Shown here in pieces: positions 1 through 8,437 of a DNA stretch of 29,836 bases (positions are counted from its first letter, which is position 1; every line of letters starts with the position of its first letter). Source of the DNA: an archaeon (lineage in GTDB: Archaea > Iainarchaeota > Iainarchaeia > Iainarchaeales > Iainarchaeaceae). The translations under genes and the position numbers were made by a program. The notes below the pieces were generated by a model. The model made no database searches. It saw only the letters and a program-made list of their open reading frames with translations, and was not told the origin of the DNA. The DNA is taken from NCBI GenBank assembly GCA_035289485.1, contig DATDXA010000004.1:1-29836 (forward strand), given 5' to 3'.

Positions 1-1495
1 CTGCTTTTAGGCGGATAAAGGGCTTTCCTAGCCTGTAGAGCTCGGAAAACCTGCGGGAAATACCAAGGGCTTCGGAATGATTCAAAAATATGCTCTGGGA
101 ATTCCCCGCAAGCCGGATAGCCGAACCTGAGGATGAAGCAAGCGAATCAAGCTCTTTTACAATGCCGGCCTTTAGGCACTCTATGGAAACCGCCACATTG
201 CGCTCGAAGAACCGGCTTTGGGGATTTGCAAGGATTGAGGGCAAATCTGAGAGCACCATGGAAATGTTTTCTGCCAAGGCGCGCGCAAAGAAAAAACCGG
301 GATTTGAATCAAGCGACTGCGCAAAGAAAAGCCCTTTTGAAGCCACAGTTGAAACCTGCTCTGACTCAACCCTTTCAGAAAGGGCTGAAAGCATTGCCTT
401 GAGAGAATTTATTTCCTGCGAGAGCCTGCTTTCGGATTTTGAACAGCACCACATTGGCTTTGAATCGCCAGAAATTACTGCGCTGCCATCTGCCTGAAGC
501 GAGAGTGCATCTGCGAGCAGGATTGCGACTTCCTCACCGCGCCCGAATGGGCCTAGGGGATACGAATCATAAAAATACTCGCGCTTCCTTCGCTCGCGCT
601 TCTCTTTATCCTCGTGCGAATCGTGAAATTCCTGCGCCCACGCAGCGGAAGCGGAATTGAAATAGAAGCCTTCCTTTAGAAAACTCACACGGACAAGAGA
701 GGAGGCGAGAACATTCTTATCTGAAAGCGAGAGCGGCCTGCAGCACTCGCAGTTCATGGATTCGAAACCAATATTATTGAAAGGCTGCGCTGCTACAATT
801 GAGACAAGGCGCGAAAAATCAAGCTCTGCGCTTCCGCGCACAGAATGCGAGCGAGGCTTGTTCTCTTTTGGGCCAAATGAGAGTGGCATCGAGCTTGAAA
901 AGAAAATGTTCTCAAGAAAAATCTCTTCTTTGGAAACTTCCGCGTCATTGCCAACAAGCGGGATTTTCAGGATGCGCGAACTTGCTATTCGCCCAATCAA
1001 ATCCTGTGCAAGCGGCTTATTTGAGCGCAAAAGATCCGCAGCGGTATCGGATAGTGCACCGGAAAGGAAATCAAGCGGGAGATTTGGAAAATCGAATGAG
1101 CCAAGCCTCGCAGGTTCACCGTTATTGAACGAGAACGGCTCGAAATATCCCCAGCCCTTTTCAATGAGAAACTGCCTCTGAGGCTCAATAAGGTTTGAAT
1201 GAAAACCGAAGAATTCGGAAAGCAGATTGTTCAGCTTTTTCAAATCCGAAAAAGTCGCCGCGAAAACAATCGCAGTGCCGCCCTCGAAATCTATTTTCAC
1301 GCGCTTCAAATCATACTCCGCAACCGCATCCCTAAAGGATTCTTTTGAAATTCCGCGCAAAGGAAAGAACATGCGCGGGAAAAATGAATAGCGCTTTGAG
1401 TACTTCTCAAACATGTTTGAGAACTCGGCAACTATCTGCCGCTTTTCCGGAACATAGGCGACCCTGCCTAAAAACACGGGCGTGCTTGGGGGCAT
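1..1495 (-). CDS. Degenerate family-B DNA polymerase-like protein, at least 498 aa, 3' end outside the window, predicted inactive
   Basis: Manually translated open frame from ATG 1495 (MPPSTPVFLGRVAY...) to the window edge. It is absent from the ORF track because no stop lies in the window. PolB remnants: IEPQRQFLIEKG (cf. DIPF.RRYLIDKG), ELDFSRLVSIVAAQPFNNIGFESMNCECC (motif A region), MWCCSK and LAGNSQSIFL (cf. YGDTDSIF). A TATA box ends 20 nt upstream of the ATG. Confidence 0.75.
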   Translation of the reverse strand, partial: MPPSTPVFLGRVAYVPEKRQIVAEFSNMFEKYSKRYSFFPRMFFPLRGISKESFRDAVAEYDLKRVKIDFEGGTAIVFAATFSDLKKLNNLLSEFFGFHSNLIEPQRQFLIEKGWGYFEPFSFNNGEPARLGSFDFPNLPLDFLSGALSDTAADLLRSNKPLAQDLIGRIASSRILKIPLVGNDAEVSKEEIFLENIFFSSSMPLSFGPKENKPRSHSVRGSAELDFSRLVSIVAAQPFNNIGFESMNCECCRPLSLSDKNVLASSLVRVSFLKEGFYFNSASAAWAQEFHDSHEDKEKRERRKREYFYDSYPLGPFGRGEEVAILLADALSLQADGSAVISGDSKPMWCCSKSESRLSQEINSLKAMLSALSERVESEQVSTVASKGLFFAQSLDSNPGFFFARALAENISMVLSDLPSILANPQSRFFERNVAVSIECLKAGIVKELDSLASSSGSAIRLAGNSQSIFLNHSEALGISRRFSELYRLGKPFIRLKA

Positions 1496-1515
1496 GAAAG
1501 AGGTTCGAATCCGCC

Positions 1516-1523
1516 TTTAAAAA
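1516..1523. promoter_or_regulatory. TATA box, possibly bidirectional, for the leaderless PolB-like gene
   Basis: CCTTTAAAAAGG; the minus-strand TTTTTAAA ends 20 nt before ATG 1495. Confidence 0.6.
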
Positions 1524-1626
1524 GGATTTGGAGGGAGTTCGGTGCCGGTGCGGAAGGTAATCTGGATGCAGATAATATGCGCCCGTATTAAAAGCGCGGT
1601 TTTGTTTGAAATTTGCATCCGGCAAT

Positions 1627-2292
1627 TCATTTTTGCCCTTTTGCGGCTTCGAGTTCTTTTTTATATTTTGCCACTAGTGCATTTGCAGTCTTGTTTACCA
1701 TTAATCTCTTGAAATTTTCTCCAAAAAATGAGGTGAAAGAAAGTGGGTCACCCAAACTTTTCGATTTCGCATCTTTTTCAATTTCTTTGAGCTCTTGTTT
1801 TGTTGGTCTTACAACCGCCAATAGGTGTTTTTTTGGTATGTGACTATATGTGTTTTGAGGGAAGCCCGTTATTTTTCTATATCCTCTTTCCGACCCTTCT
1901 CTTGGAGCATAGTCTGCGGCCACCGCAGGGTTATTACCGCCCCTATATTGCGGATGATTTCCAACTATAACTATTACGGGATAGCCCTTAGGAGTTCTCC
2001 ATCCCGCCCATTTTCCTGGCGGGTGTGTGCCAACCAGTATATTTACTGAGGTGTGGATAGTTGCCCGGAGTTTTTTTATTGTATCCATTGGATTTTTCAA
2101 GTCTTCAGGGCGAGGAGCCTGCCAAACATAAATGTCCCTCCCTTTAGAAGTGGTTAACCCCGAAGCAAGACCTTCTTTTGCTCTTTGCCAACTCATTCCG
2201 CGGATTCCGAGTCCTAAATCTTGATGTTTTAGGGCTTCGTGAAGATAACGTAATTTTAATATGCCCGATTTTTTTGCCGGAGAAGGGGTCAT
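1627..2292 (-). CDS. Hypothetical basic protein, 221 aa
   Basis: Long ORF with an ATG start and a TTTATATT box about 25 nt upstream; no family confidently recognised. Confidence 0.7.
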   Translation of the reverse strand: MTPSPAKKSGILKLRYLHEALKHQDLGLGIRGMSWQRAKEGLASGLTTSKGRDIYVWQAPRPEDLKNPMDTIKKLRATIHTSVNILVGTHPPGKWAGWRTPKGYPVIVIVGNHPQYRGGNNPAVAADYAPREGSERGYRKITGFPQNTYSHIPKKHLLAVVRPTKQELKEIEKDAKSKSLGDPLSFTSFFGENFKRLMVNKTANALVAKYKKELEAAKGQK

Positions 2293-2405
2293 AACAATAA
2301 TTTGTTTTGGAGCAATATAAATCTGTCGAGACGGCCACCCTCACTTGGTCTTCCGTCCACCGCACTTTTCCTCGGTTAGCTTTCCTCGCCTGTGGCAAGT
2401 CCGAT

Positions 2406-3011
2406 TCATTTCCGATTTCTCAGCCGCTTGAGAAACTCCAATACAATCGGAATTGTTGAAATGACAATTATTGCAAGCACAATGAGCATTATCAGGCTTT
2501 CGGATTCCGGAAGGAATGTGCCGAGGAAATATCCGGCAAGAAGGAATGTAAGAGACCAAAGTACCCCGCCAAGGATGTTGTATGTGACGAATGTTTTGTA
2601 CTCCATGTTTGCAATGCCGGCAACAATCGGCGCGAATGTTCGCACAACAGGAACAAAGCGCGCTAGCACAATCGCTTTCGGGCCGTGCTTTGCATAGAAG
2701 CTTTCGGCTTCCTCAACATGCTTTGGGTCGCGGAATAAGGAATTTGGCTTGTTGAAAAAACCCCTGCCGAATCTGTGCCCCATCCAATATCCGACCTGGT
2801 CTCCAAGAATTGCCGCAATTGAAACGCCAATGATTGCAATGCGAATATCAAAAATGCCGCGCGCAGCAAGCAGCCCTGCAGTAAAGAGAAGTGAATCTCC
2901 CGGAAGGAAAAAGCCAAAAAATAAACCGGATTCTGCGAAAACTATTGCAAAAAGCGCGAAATACCCAAAGCTTGTAAGCAGAGACTCCACACTTCCGAGA
3001 AGGTCGAACAT
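2406..3011 (-). CDS. DedA/VTT family membrane protein
   Basis: FAESGLFFGFFLPGDSLLF, GDQVGYWMG and ARFVPVVRTFAP motifs. Start moved to ATG 3011, downstream of the TTTAAAA box near 3041-3047. Confidence 0.93.
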   Translation of the reverse strand: MFDLLGSVESLLTSFGYFALFAIVFAESGLFFGFFLPGDSLLFTAGLLAARGIFDIRIAIIGVSIAAILGDQVGYWMGHRFGRGFFNKPNSLFRDPKHVEEAESFYAKHGPKAIVLARFVPVVRTFAPIVAGIANMEYKTFVTYNILGGVLWSLTFLLAGYFLGTFLPESESLIMLIVLAIIVISTIPIVLEFLKRLRNRK

Positions 3012-3130
3012 TTTGAACCCACACAAAAATGGCTGCAAGGTTTTAAATCAGGCACCTCCACGATTGTGGAAACTGGAAGCGACAATTGGCGAAAAAACAG
3101 GGTTTTTAACCATGGGCTTCAATAATCCTA

Positions 3131-4159
3131 ATGATTTTGATGGATGTGGGGGAGTGGTTTTCGAAAAATAAGTTCCATGCAGACGATTTTTCAGACATCG
3201 GAATGCTGGTAAAACTCAAGAATAAAAAGAAAAAGAAAATTTCCTGTGTAATACCAACGCTCAACGAGGAAAAAACCGTCGGCAAAGTGATATCCGAAGT
3301 GAAAAGGAAACTGATGGAAACACACAGGCTTGTTGATGAGATCATAGTTGTGGATTCTGGCTCGGATGACAGGACAAAAAAGGTGGCGGAAAAGGCGGGC
3401 GCGCAGTTTTTTTATTCAAGGGACATCCTCAAAAGGTTCGGAGGGCCGAAAGGGAAGGGCGAGAACCTCTGGAAGAGCCTTTTTGTCGCAAGCGGGGACA
3501 TCATATCATGGATTGATGCCGACATCGAGAACATCAGCGCGAAATTCGTCTACGGGCTTGTCGGGCCGCTTTTGCAAAACGAGAAAACGGGATTCGTGAA
3601 GGGATTTTACAAAAGGCCGCTTGGAAAAGGGGGCAAGACAATTTCCCTTGAGGGCGGAAGGGTTACAGAGCTTCTCATGCGCCCTTTATACAACCTCTAT
3701 TTTCCAAACCTCTCGGGGTTCATACAGCCGCTTAGCGGCGAATATGCCGGAAGGCGTGAGGTGCTTGAGCAGATACCGTTCTTCACAAGCTATGCGGTTG
3801 AAATGGGCATGTTGATAGATATAGAGCGCAAATTCGGGCTTGATGCCATGGCGCAGGTGGACCTTGAGGAGAGGGTGCACAGGAATAGGCCGCTGCAAGA
3901 GCTCAGCAGGATGTCGTTTGAGATACTGCAGGCATTCTCACAAAAGGCAAATGCGCTTGGCGTGTTCACAAACATTGACAGGATAAACCAGATGTATACG
4001 CTGATACAGCCAGGGTTCATAGGGAAAAAATCGGACTACCACCTCAACATCAACAAGGTGATAACGCTTCAGCGCCCGCCCATGACATCGGTGATTGAGT
4101 ATGTGCGCAAATTCCATCCGGAGCAGGAATGGCTAATGCCTATGGCTCGCGATGAGTGA
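3131..4159 (+). CDS. gpgS: Glucosyl-3-phosphoglycerate synthase-like GT-A glycosyltransferase (GpgS/MpgS type)
   Basis: IPTLNEE, DSGSDD, GKGENLWKSL, WIDAD, GGRVTEL, QPLSGEYA and HRNRPL motifs. The start could be ATG 3140. Confidence 0.85.
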   Translation: MILMDVGEWFSKNKFHADDFSDIGMLVKLKNKKKKKISCVIPTLNEEKTVGKVISEVKRKLMETHRLVDEIIVVDSGSDDRTKKVAEKAGAQFFYSRDILKRFGGPKGKGENLWKSLFVASGDIISWIDADIENISAKFVYGLVGPLLQNEKTGFVKGFYKRPLGKGGKTISLEGGRVTELLMRPLYNLYFPNLSGFIQPLSGEYAGRREVLEQIPFFTSYAVEMGMLIDIERKFGLDAMAQVDLEERVHRNRPLQELSRMSFEILQAFSQKANALGVFTNIDRINQMYTLIQPGFIGKKSDYHLNINKVITLQRPPMTSVIEYVRKFHPEQEWLMPMARDE

Positions 4160-4354
4160 GGCTGCACTAAGTATTGCCGCGCTCAATACAGCTGTTTCGG
4201 ATGAAACCCCTGCATAGCCAACCAGGTTTGAAGCAGCCTTTATTATAAAAAGGCTCACCGCGAAATAAATTATCCCAAGCAGGATCAGTATTACCGAAGA
4301 AATTATGGTCACCGTAACCATAGTGCCTAGTTGAACTGCTTCCCCAAGAACCAT
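4133..4354 (-). CDS. Small two-TM membrane protein, about 73 aa
   Basis: Hydrophobic ORF (MVLGEAVQLG...SAAILSAASLIA) with a G-rich RBS before ATG 4354; its 3' end overlaps gpgS convergently by 27 nt. Confidence 0.7.
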   Translation of the reverse strand: MVLGEAVQLGTMVTVTIISSVILILLGIIYFAVSLFIIKAASNLVGYAGVSSETAVLSAAILSAASLIASHRH

Positions 4355-4423
4355 TTGCAAAAACCCCCCATGCAAAAATCAAATGCACATATTGGGAATG
4401 AAAAATATATAAGCATAAGCAAT

Positions 4424-7400
4424 TCAGAGCAAATCATCCAAATCCTTTGCTGCCGCATCCTTTGTGTCCTCAAAATCGAGCGCGGCCTTTTCAAGCGTCA
4501 TTTCATGGTGCGAATCCTGCGAGAGCTTCTTTCGAACCTTGAAAAAGCACGGGTAGTTCACCGCTTCGCCAACAATTAGCGCTTCGCCTGTTCGCAGAGA
4601 AGTAATCATATCCAAACTGCGATTATCAAGCCCTTCACTTGTTTCTCCGATGTGCTTCAAATCATACGGGTTTGTTACACGCAAAATTATGTGGGTTCCG
4701 CACTGACTAAGAGCGGTTGTAGAAAGGTTTATCGGCCTCTGTGAGATGAGACAAATACCAGCACCGAACTTCCTGCCTTCACGCGCGATTGTTTCAATTA
4801 TGCTTCTGCTAATCGCCCCTTCCTTTGACATTTTCTCTGGTGCCAACTGATGTGCTTCCTCTAAAATCATCGTGAATGGCGGCACGCGCTTTTGCTGGCG
4901 CTCATTGAAGAGCTTGCGCGCGAAATAGGCGACAATTACCTGTTTTTTTTTCATATCAACAATATCGCTTAAATCTACAATCGTTAACCTGCCTGGTTTT
5001 ACTAAATCGTTGATGCTTGGATTGTCTGTTTTTCCAAAAAGCCCAAGCTGCTCAAGTGAAATAATCCAGCCAATAAGCGAATCTTTTGTCGCTGGCTTAA
5101 TTTCAGAATCGCGGCTGATTTCTGCCTTCACCGCGCCAAAATCATACGGGCCCATGCCATCTTTCATTTCCCTTTTCAATTTATCAATAACTCTCCCCAA
5201 ATCCCTTTTCTGCGCGGGGGAAATTCCCGGAACAATGCCCGCAATCATGCCGGCAGAGAGCTTTGGAACGCCTATCTGCACTTCGCTAGCTTTTATGAAG
5301 CGCGAGTTCTGCGAAAAGTCGGTACTGCCTTTGCCCTGCACCGGCTCGGCAAAAGAGCGGTACTCGCCGTGCGCGTCCATAACTATTACCGCAAGGCGGC
5401 CGTGCTCTTTTTTTCTCTGCAAAAGCTCTTCTAGAAGCACGGAAACAAGGTAGCTATTGTGGATAACTACCCCATTTGCAACAAAATTGGAGTTTTCAAC
5501 CGAAAGATCGTATACGTATTTGTAATCCGGATTTACCTTCTTAACGCTTTTCACTTTATCAAAGAATGCATTCATCTCGCAAAATTGCCTAAGCACCTGA
5601 ACCCTTGCCCTTGCCTGAACCAGATTTTGGGAGGATTCATCCGCAATTTTTTTCAGGGAATCGGCAAAAGACACCACTATCGAATGGCTTGCTTCACCCC
5701 TTCCTTTTGAATGGCTATAGAGAAACTGCTTATGGCAACCATTAACTTTGCATAATTCCTCTGTTGAATAGCCAAGAGTTTCACAAATCCTCTTGATTTC
5801 GAAAAGAGTGCTGTTCCGGTTTATGGAACTTGCGGCTTCAAGTTCGGTTAGGCTCTCGCCCCTTATTTTTAATGCATTTTTCGCCAAAAGAAAAACTGTG
5901 TTTTTTGGTGAAGTTATTTGCATGACAACTCGTCTAGCCGTCGTACTTGAAACACCGCTGCCTGCTGCAATTTGATTGAAATCAAAACCGCTTGAGTAAG
6001 CTGTCTTTACTAGTTCAAGTGCCTTCTGCTCTGAAATGTTGGGAACGGTTTGCAAAACCATATTTGCCTGCGCCAAGGCATTTTCAATGCCCTCGGAGCG
6101 CCTTTCAAAAATCCCGAGCAAAGCCCTGAGCGATTTCCTTGAAGGATTGTCTTTGCGGAAAAGGTAATTGTTTATTGCCGAAGACTCTGACTGCGGCTGT
6201 GGCATTTTGAGAAGGGATATTAGTTCCCGGAGATGCTGGTTTATGTTTGGCACTATGTCAATATTGGTATTGGGCTTTGCGGACGCCCATTTTTTCAGTG
6301 CGGATTTTTTGTAATCAATAAGCAAATCCAAATCGTTAAGTTTGGAAATTTCGCCCGAACCGCTTACAAGCACCCGTTGGTATTTTTTACCGTCAACGGT
6401 TTTAATCTTGCGCAGGGTTATTACGCCTAATTTTGCGTATATTTCCTCGATTCCGTCGGCAAGCCTTTTGCTTGAAATTGTTATATCCACTTCTGGCTTG
6501 TCCGGGTTTACATATCCATCGCAATCTATAAAGGATGAGATGAAGTTCTTGAGCACATTCTTTTGGCTTTGAAGAATTTCGGGCGGGATGAATTTTGTCC
6601 AGCTTGAGTTTGTAAAACCGTATTCGTTCAGGCACCTTGCAAGGACCACGGAATCAATTAATAATTCGCCTTTTGATTTGGCCTCTTTAACGTTCAAATT
6701 GAATTTTTCCCCGCATAGGTCTGCAAAATCCCCCCGAATTAAGTGATTCTCGTTGGAAAAGTTTATTCGTGATTTCATGCTATTGTGCCCTTCAGCAAGA
6801 AGATATGCCATAAGCCTTGCGAAACGTTCATCCACATCATGCACTAGCCTTGTAAAAACTTTTGACTGCTTTTGAAGTGCATGGCCATTTTCAATTGTAA
6901 CCATGCGCAATTTTGAAGCGGTTTTTGTAAAATCTATTTTTGACCTTATGCCGTTCCACTCAATCCTTGGCAAAAAAACATGGTCATTTTCTGAAATAGT
7001 TTGTGCCTCTTTCCACTCAATACGCCCATTAAATACAGGCACCAGGTGTTCTGGCGTAACTTCGACTTCTCGCCCGGCTCTTGTTTTTATTCTGACAACA
7101 CGCTCTGGAGCTTTGCGCCGGTAATACCCCAGTATTTTTGCTGGCGATATTTTTCCGGTTAAATTTGAAATAGCGTAGGCACTTGTGCCGAAATCCTGTT
7201 CCCAAAACTCCACCCCGCCATCAACCTTCTTATTTTTTTCGAGGACAGCATCTACAAGCTCGCCAATAGTTTTCTGCGCACTATTCTCAAGAAATATTTT
7301 TGTGTCAGGTTTTGCACATTTACCAGCTCCAGACATTGCAAGGATTGCAAGGTGCTTCTGGAAGAGGCGGGAGAGGTTTAATTTTACTGAAACATCGTGG

Positions 7401-7822
7401 TGCTCGATTTCGCCCAAATAAAGCCCTTTCTCCAAATCAAGGCCGAGGAATTTTTCTAAAGTTTCTCTTGTTGCAATCCTTGCCTTTGTCCCAGGAGACG
7501 GAGGGAAAGTTGAGCGCTTTATCATGCCGTTTTGATAAACCCCCAGAGGGCGGGTTTTTGCAACCAAATACTCCCACTCTCCTGCAGGGAACTGCTCAAA
7601 GAGCTTGAAGCCTGAACTCTCGAATTCCTTGACGCTCTCAAAGCGCTCAAAGTAGCGGTTGGTTTTGTAAACATTTGTAATAAGGCACACCATTGTGCCT
7701 TCGGAGAAATCGAGCTCGACATACTGGCCCCTGTGAAGCTTGCCTGAAGTTATCACCAAATCCAGTTCGCTTGGCGATGGGCCTTCCTCGCTTGAAATTA
7801 CGGTGCCTATTTCTTCAGCCAT
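4424..7822 (-). CDS. herA: HerA DNA translocase/helicase precursor containing an intein (extein about 511 aa)
   Basis: N-terminal HAS-barrel-like region, HLAILAMSGAGK|S Walker A, DAHGEY, ILEEAH Walker B, IAREGRKFG and ISQRP; same strand as and downstream of nurA. Confidence 0.93.
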   Translation of the reverse strand: MAEEIGTVISSEEGPSPSELDLVITSGKLHRGQYVELDFSEGTMVCLITNVYKTNRYFERFESVKEFESSGFKLFEQFPAGEWEYLVAKTRPLGVYQNGMIKRSTFPPSPGTKARIATRETLEKFLGLDLEKGLYLGEIEHHDVSVKLNLSRLFQKHLAILAMSGAGKCAKPDTKIFLENSAQKTIGELVDAVLEKNKKVDGGVEFWEQDFGTSAYAISNLTGKISPAKILGYYRRKAPERVVRIKTRAGREVEVTPEHLVPVFNGRIEWKEAQTISENDHVFLPRIEWNGIRSKIDFTKTASKLRMVTIENGHALQKQSKVFTRLVHDVDERFARLMAYLLAEGHNSMKSRINFSNENHLIRGDFADLCGEKFNLNVKEAKSKGELLIDSVVLARCLNEYGFTNSSWTKFIPPEILQSQKNVLKNFISSFIDCDGYVNPDKPEVDITISSKRLADGIEEIYAKLGVITLRKIKTVDGKKYQRVLVSGSGEISKLNDLDLLIDYKKSALKKWASAKPNTNIDIVPNINQHLRELISLLKMPQPQSESSAINNYLFRKDNPSRKSLRALLGIFERRSEGIENALAQANMVLQTVPNISEQKALELVKTAYSSGFDFNQIAAGSGVSSTTARRVVMQITSPKNTVFLLAKNALKIRGESLTELEAASSINRNSTLFEIKRICETLGYSTEELCKVNGCHKQFLYSHSKGRGEASHSIVVSFADSLKKIADESSQNLVQARARVQVLRQFCEMNAFFDKVKSVKKVNPDYKYVYDLSVENSNFVANGVVIHNSYLVSVLLEELLQRKKEHGRLAVIVMDAHGEYRSFAEPVQGKGSTDFSQNSRFIKASEVQIGVPKLSAGMIAGIVPGISPAQKRDLGRVIDKLKREMKDGMGPYDFGAVKAEISRDSEIKPATKDSLIGWIISLEQLGLFGKTDNPSINDLVKPGRLTIVDLSDIVDMKKKQVIVAYFARKLFNERQQKRVPPFTMILEEAHQLAPEKMSKEGAISRSIIETIAREGRKFGAGICLISQRPINLSTTALSQCGTHIILRVTNPYDLKHIGETSEGLDNRSLDMITSLRTGEALIVGEAVNYPCFFKVRKKLSQDSHHEMTLEKAALDFEDTKDAAAKDLDDLL
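5456..7318 (-). mobile_element. Intein (621 aa) with a LAGLIDADG homing endonuclease and extra HTH-like segments, inserted in the HerA Walker A
   Basis: Starts with Cys after GK (CAKPDTKI); block B VTPEHLV; LAGLIDADG motifs MAYLLAEGH and FISSFIDCDG; block F/G YVYDLSV...FVANGVVIHN followed by the extein Ser. Confidence 0.95.
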
Positions 7823-8295
7823 CGGTTCACCCGCCCTAAAGTAACTAAAGATTTCGCCTTCCCTTTATCAAGTGCAGTCAATTTTCTTCGTGGACTAATA
7901 TGTTTCAATGGCAGTTTTATTCTGCCAGCCTTCGCCTCGGTGTAATAATGTGAAACAAAACTCCCGGCATACGCGCCAGAATCACAACAAACAACTGTTT
8001 TTTTCCCCGAACTCACAAGTGACCATGCTTTCATGCCAATCCATTTTGCAGGGTCGTTCAAACTGTTCGAGCGCCTAAATAACCAAGCTGAAGGTATAAG
8101 CATAATTCCGTTTTCTTTGCAAAAAGTTGGAAACCCTGACGGCGCTGGTTTAACAGTAATTATAGCGCGAATTCCGAGTTCCTTATATTTTTCCCAAAAT
8201 GGCAACTGTGGAAGTATCGTTACCGGCCCAGTATAAAAATTGTCGTCGTGCTGCACTATTGCAATAGAACTCGTTCCAACAGGTATTTTCTGCAC
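7807..8295 (-). CDS. Dual-specificity/PTP-fold phosphatase-like protein lacking the CX5R arginine
   Basis: ELGIRAIITV and GKKTVVCCDSGAYAGS resemble the DSP GI..VI.L and GKKVLVHCxxGxxRS motifs; GTG start; overlaps the herA start by 16 nt. Confidence 0.55.
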   Translation of the reverse strand: MQKIPVGTSSIAIVQHDDNFYTGPVTILPQLPFWEKYKELGIRAIITVKPAPSGFPTFCKENGIMLIPSAWLFRRSNSLNDPAKWIGMKAWSLVSSGKKTVVCCDSGAYAGSFVSHYYTEAKAGRIKLPLKHISPRRKLTALDKGKAKSLVTLGRVNRWLKK

Positions 8296-8310
8296 TTTTC
8301 CACATCCAAA

Positions 8311-8427
8311 TCAGAACAATTCATCCATCGCAGGGCCTTCATATCCGCAATCCGGGCACTTGTACTGCCTGCCCTTCTGCAAAGGGTTTTCCTTCATATT
8401 TTTCGAGCGGCATTTTGGGCAAATCAT
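8311..8427 (-). CDS. Small CPxCG-type Zn-ribbon protein, 38 aa (below the ORF-track cutoff)
   Basis: MICPKCRSKNMKENPLQKGRQYKCPDCGYEGPAMDELF; two CxxC pairs; GTGAGG RBS upstream. Confidence 0.8.
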   Translation of the reverse strand: MICPKCRSKNMKENPLQKGRQYKCPDCGYEGPAMDELF

Positions 8428-8437
8428 ATGCAAAACC

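Noticed and set aside
90..1181. Plus-strand ORFs 90-497 and 756-1181
   Set aside because: Ser-rich antisense shadows of the minus-strand PolB-like gene.
1502..1512. GGTTCGAATCC, resembling a tRNA T-arm or att remnant
   Set aside because: No cloverleaf, acceptor stem or integrase; it lies between a TATA box and a start codon.
2329..2403. RNase P RNA (GAGGAAAG) or SRP RNA
   Set aside because: Too short, and the other conserved RNase P regions and the SRP helix-8 motif are missing.
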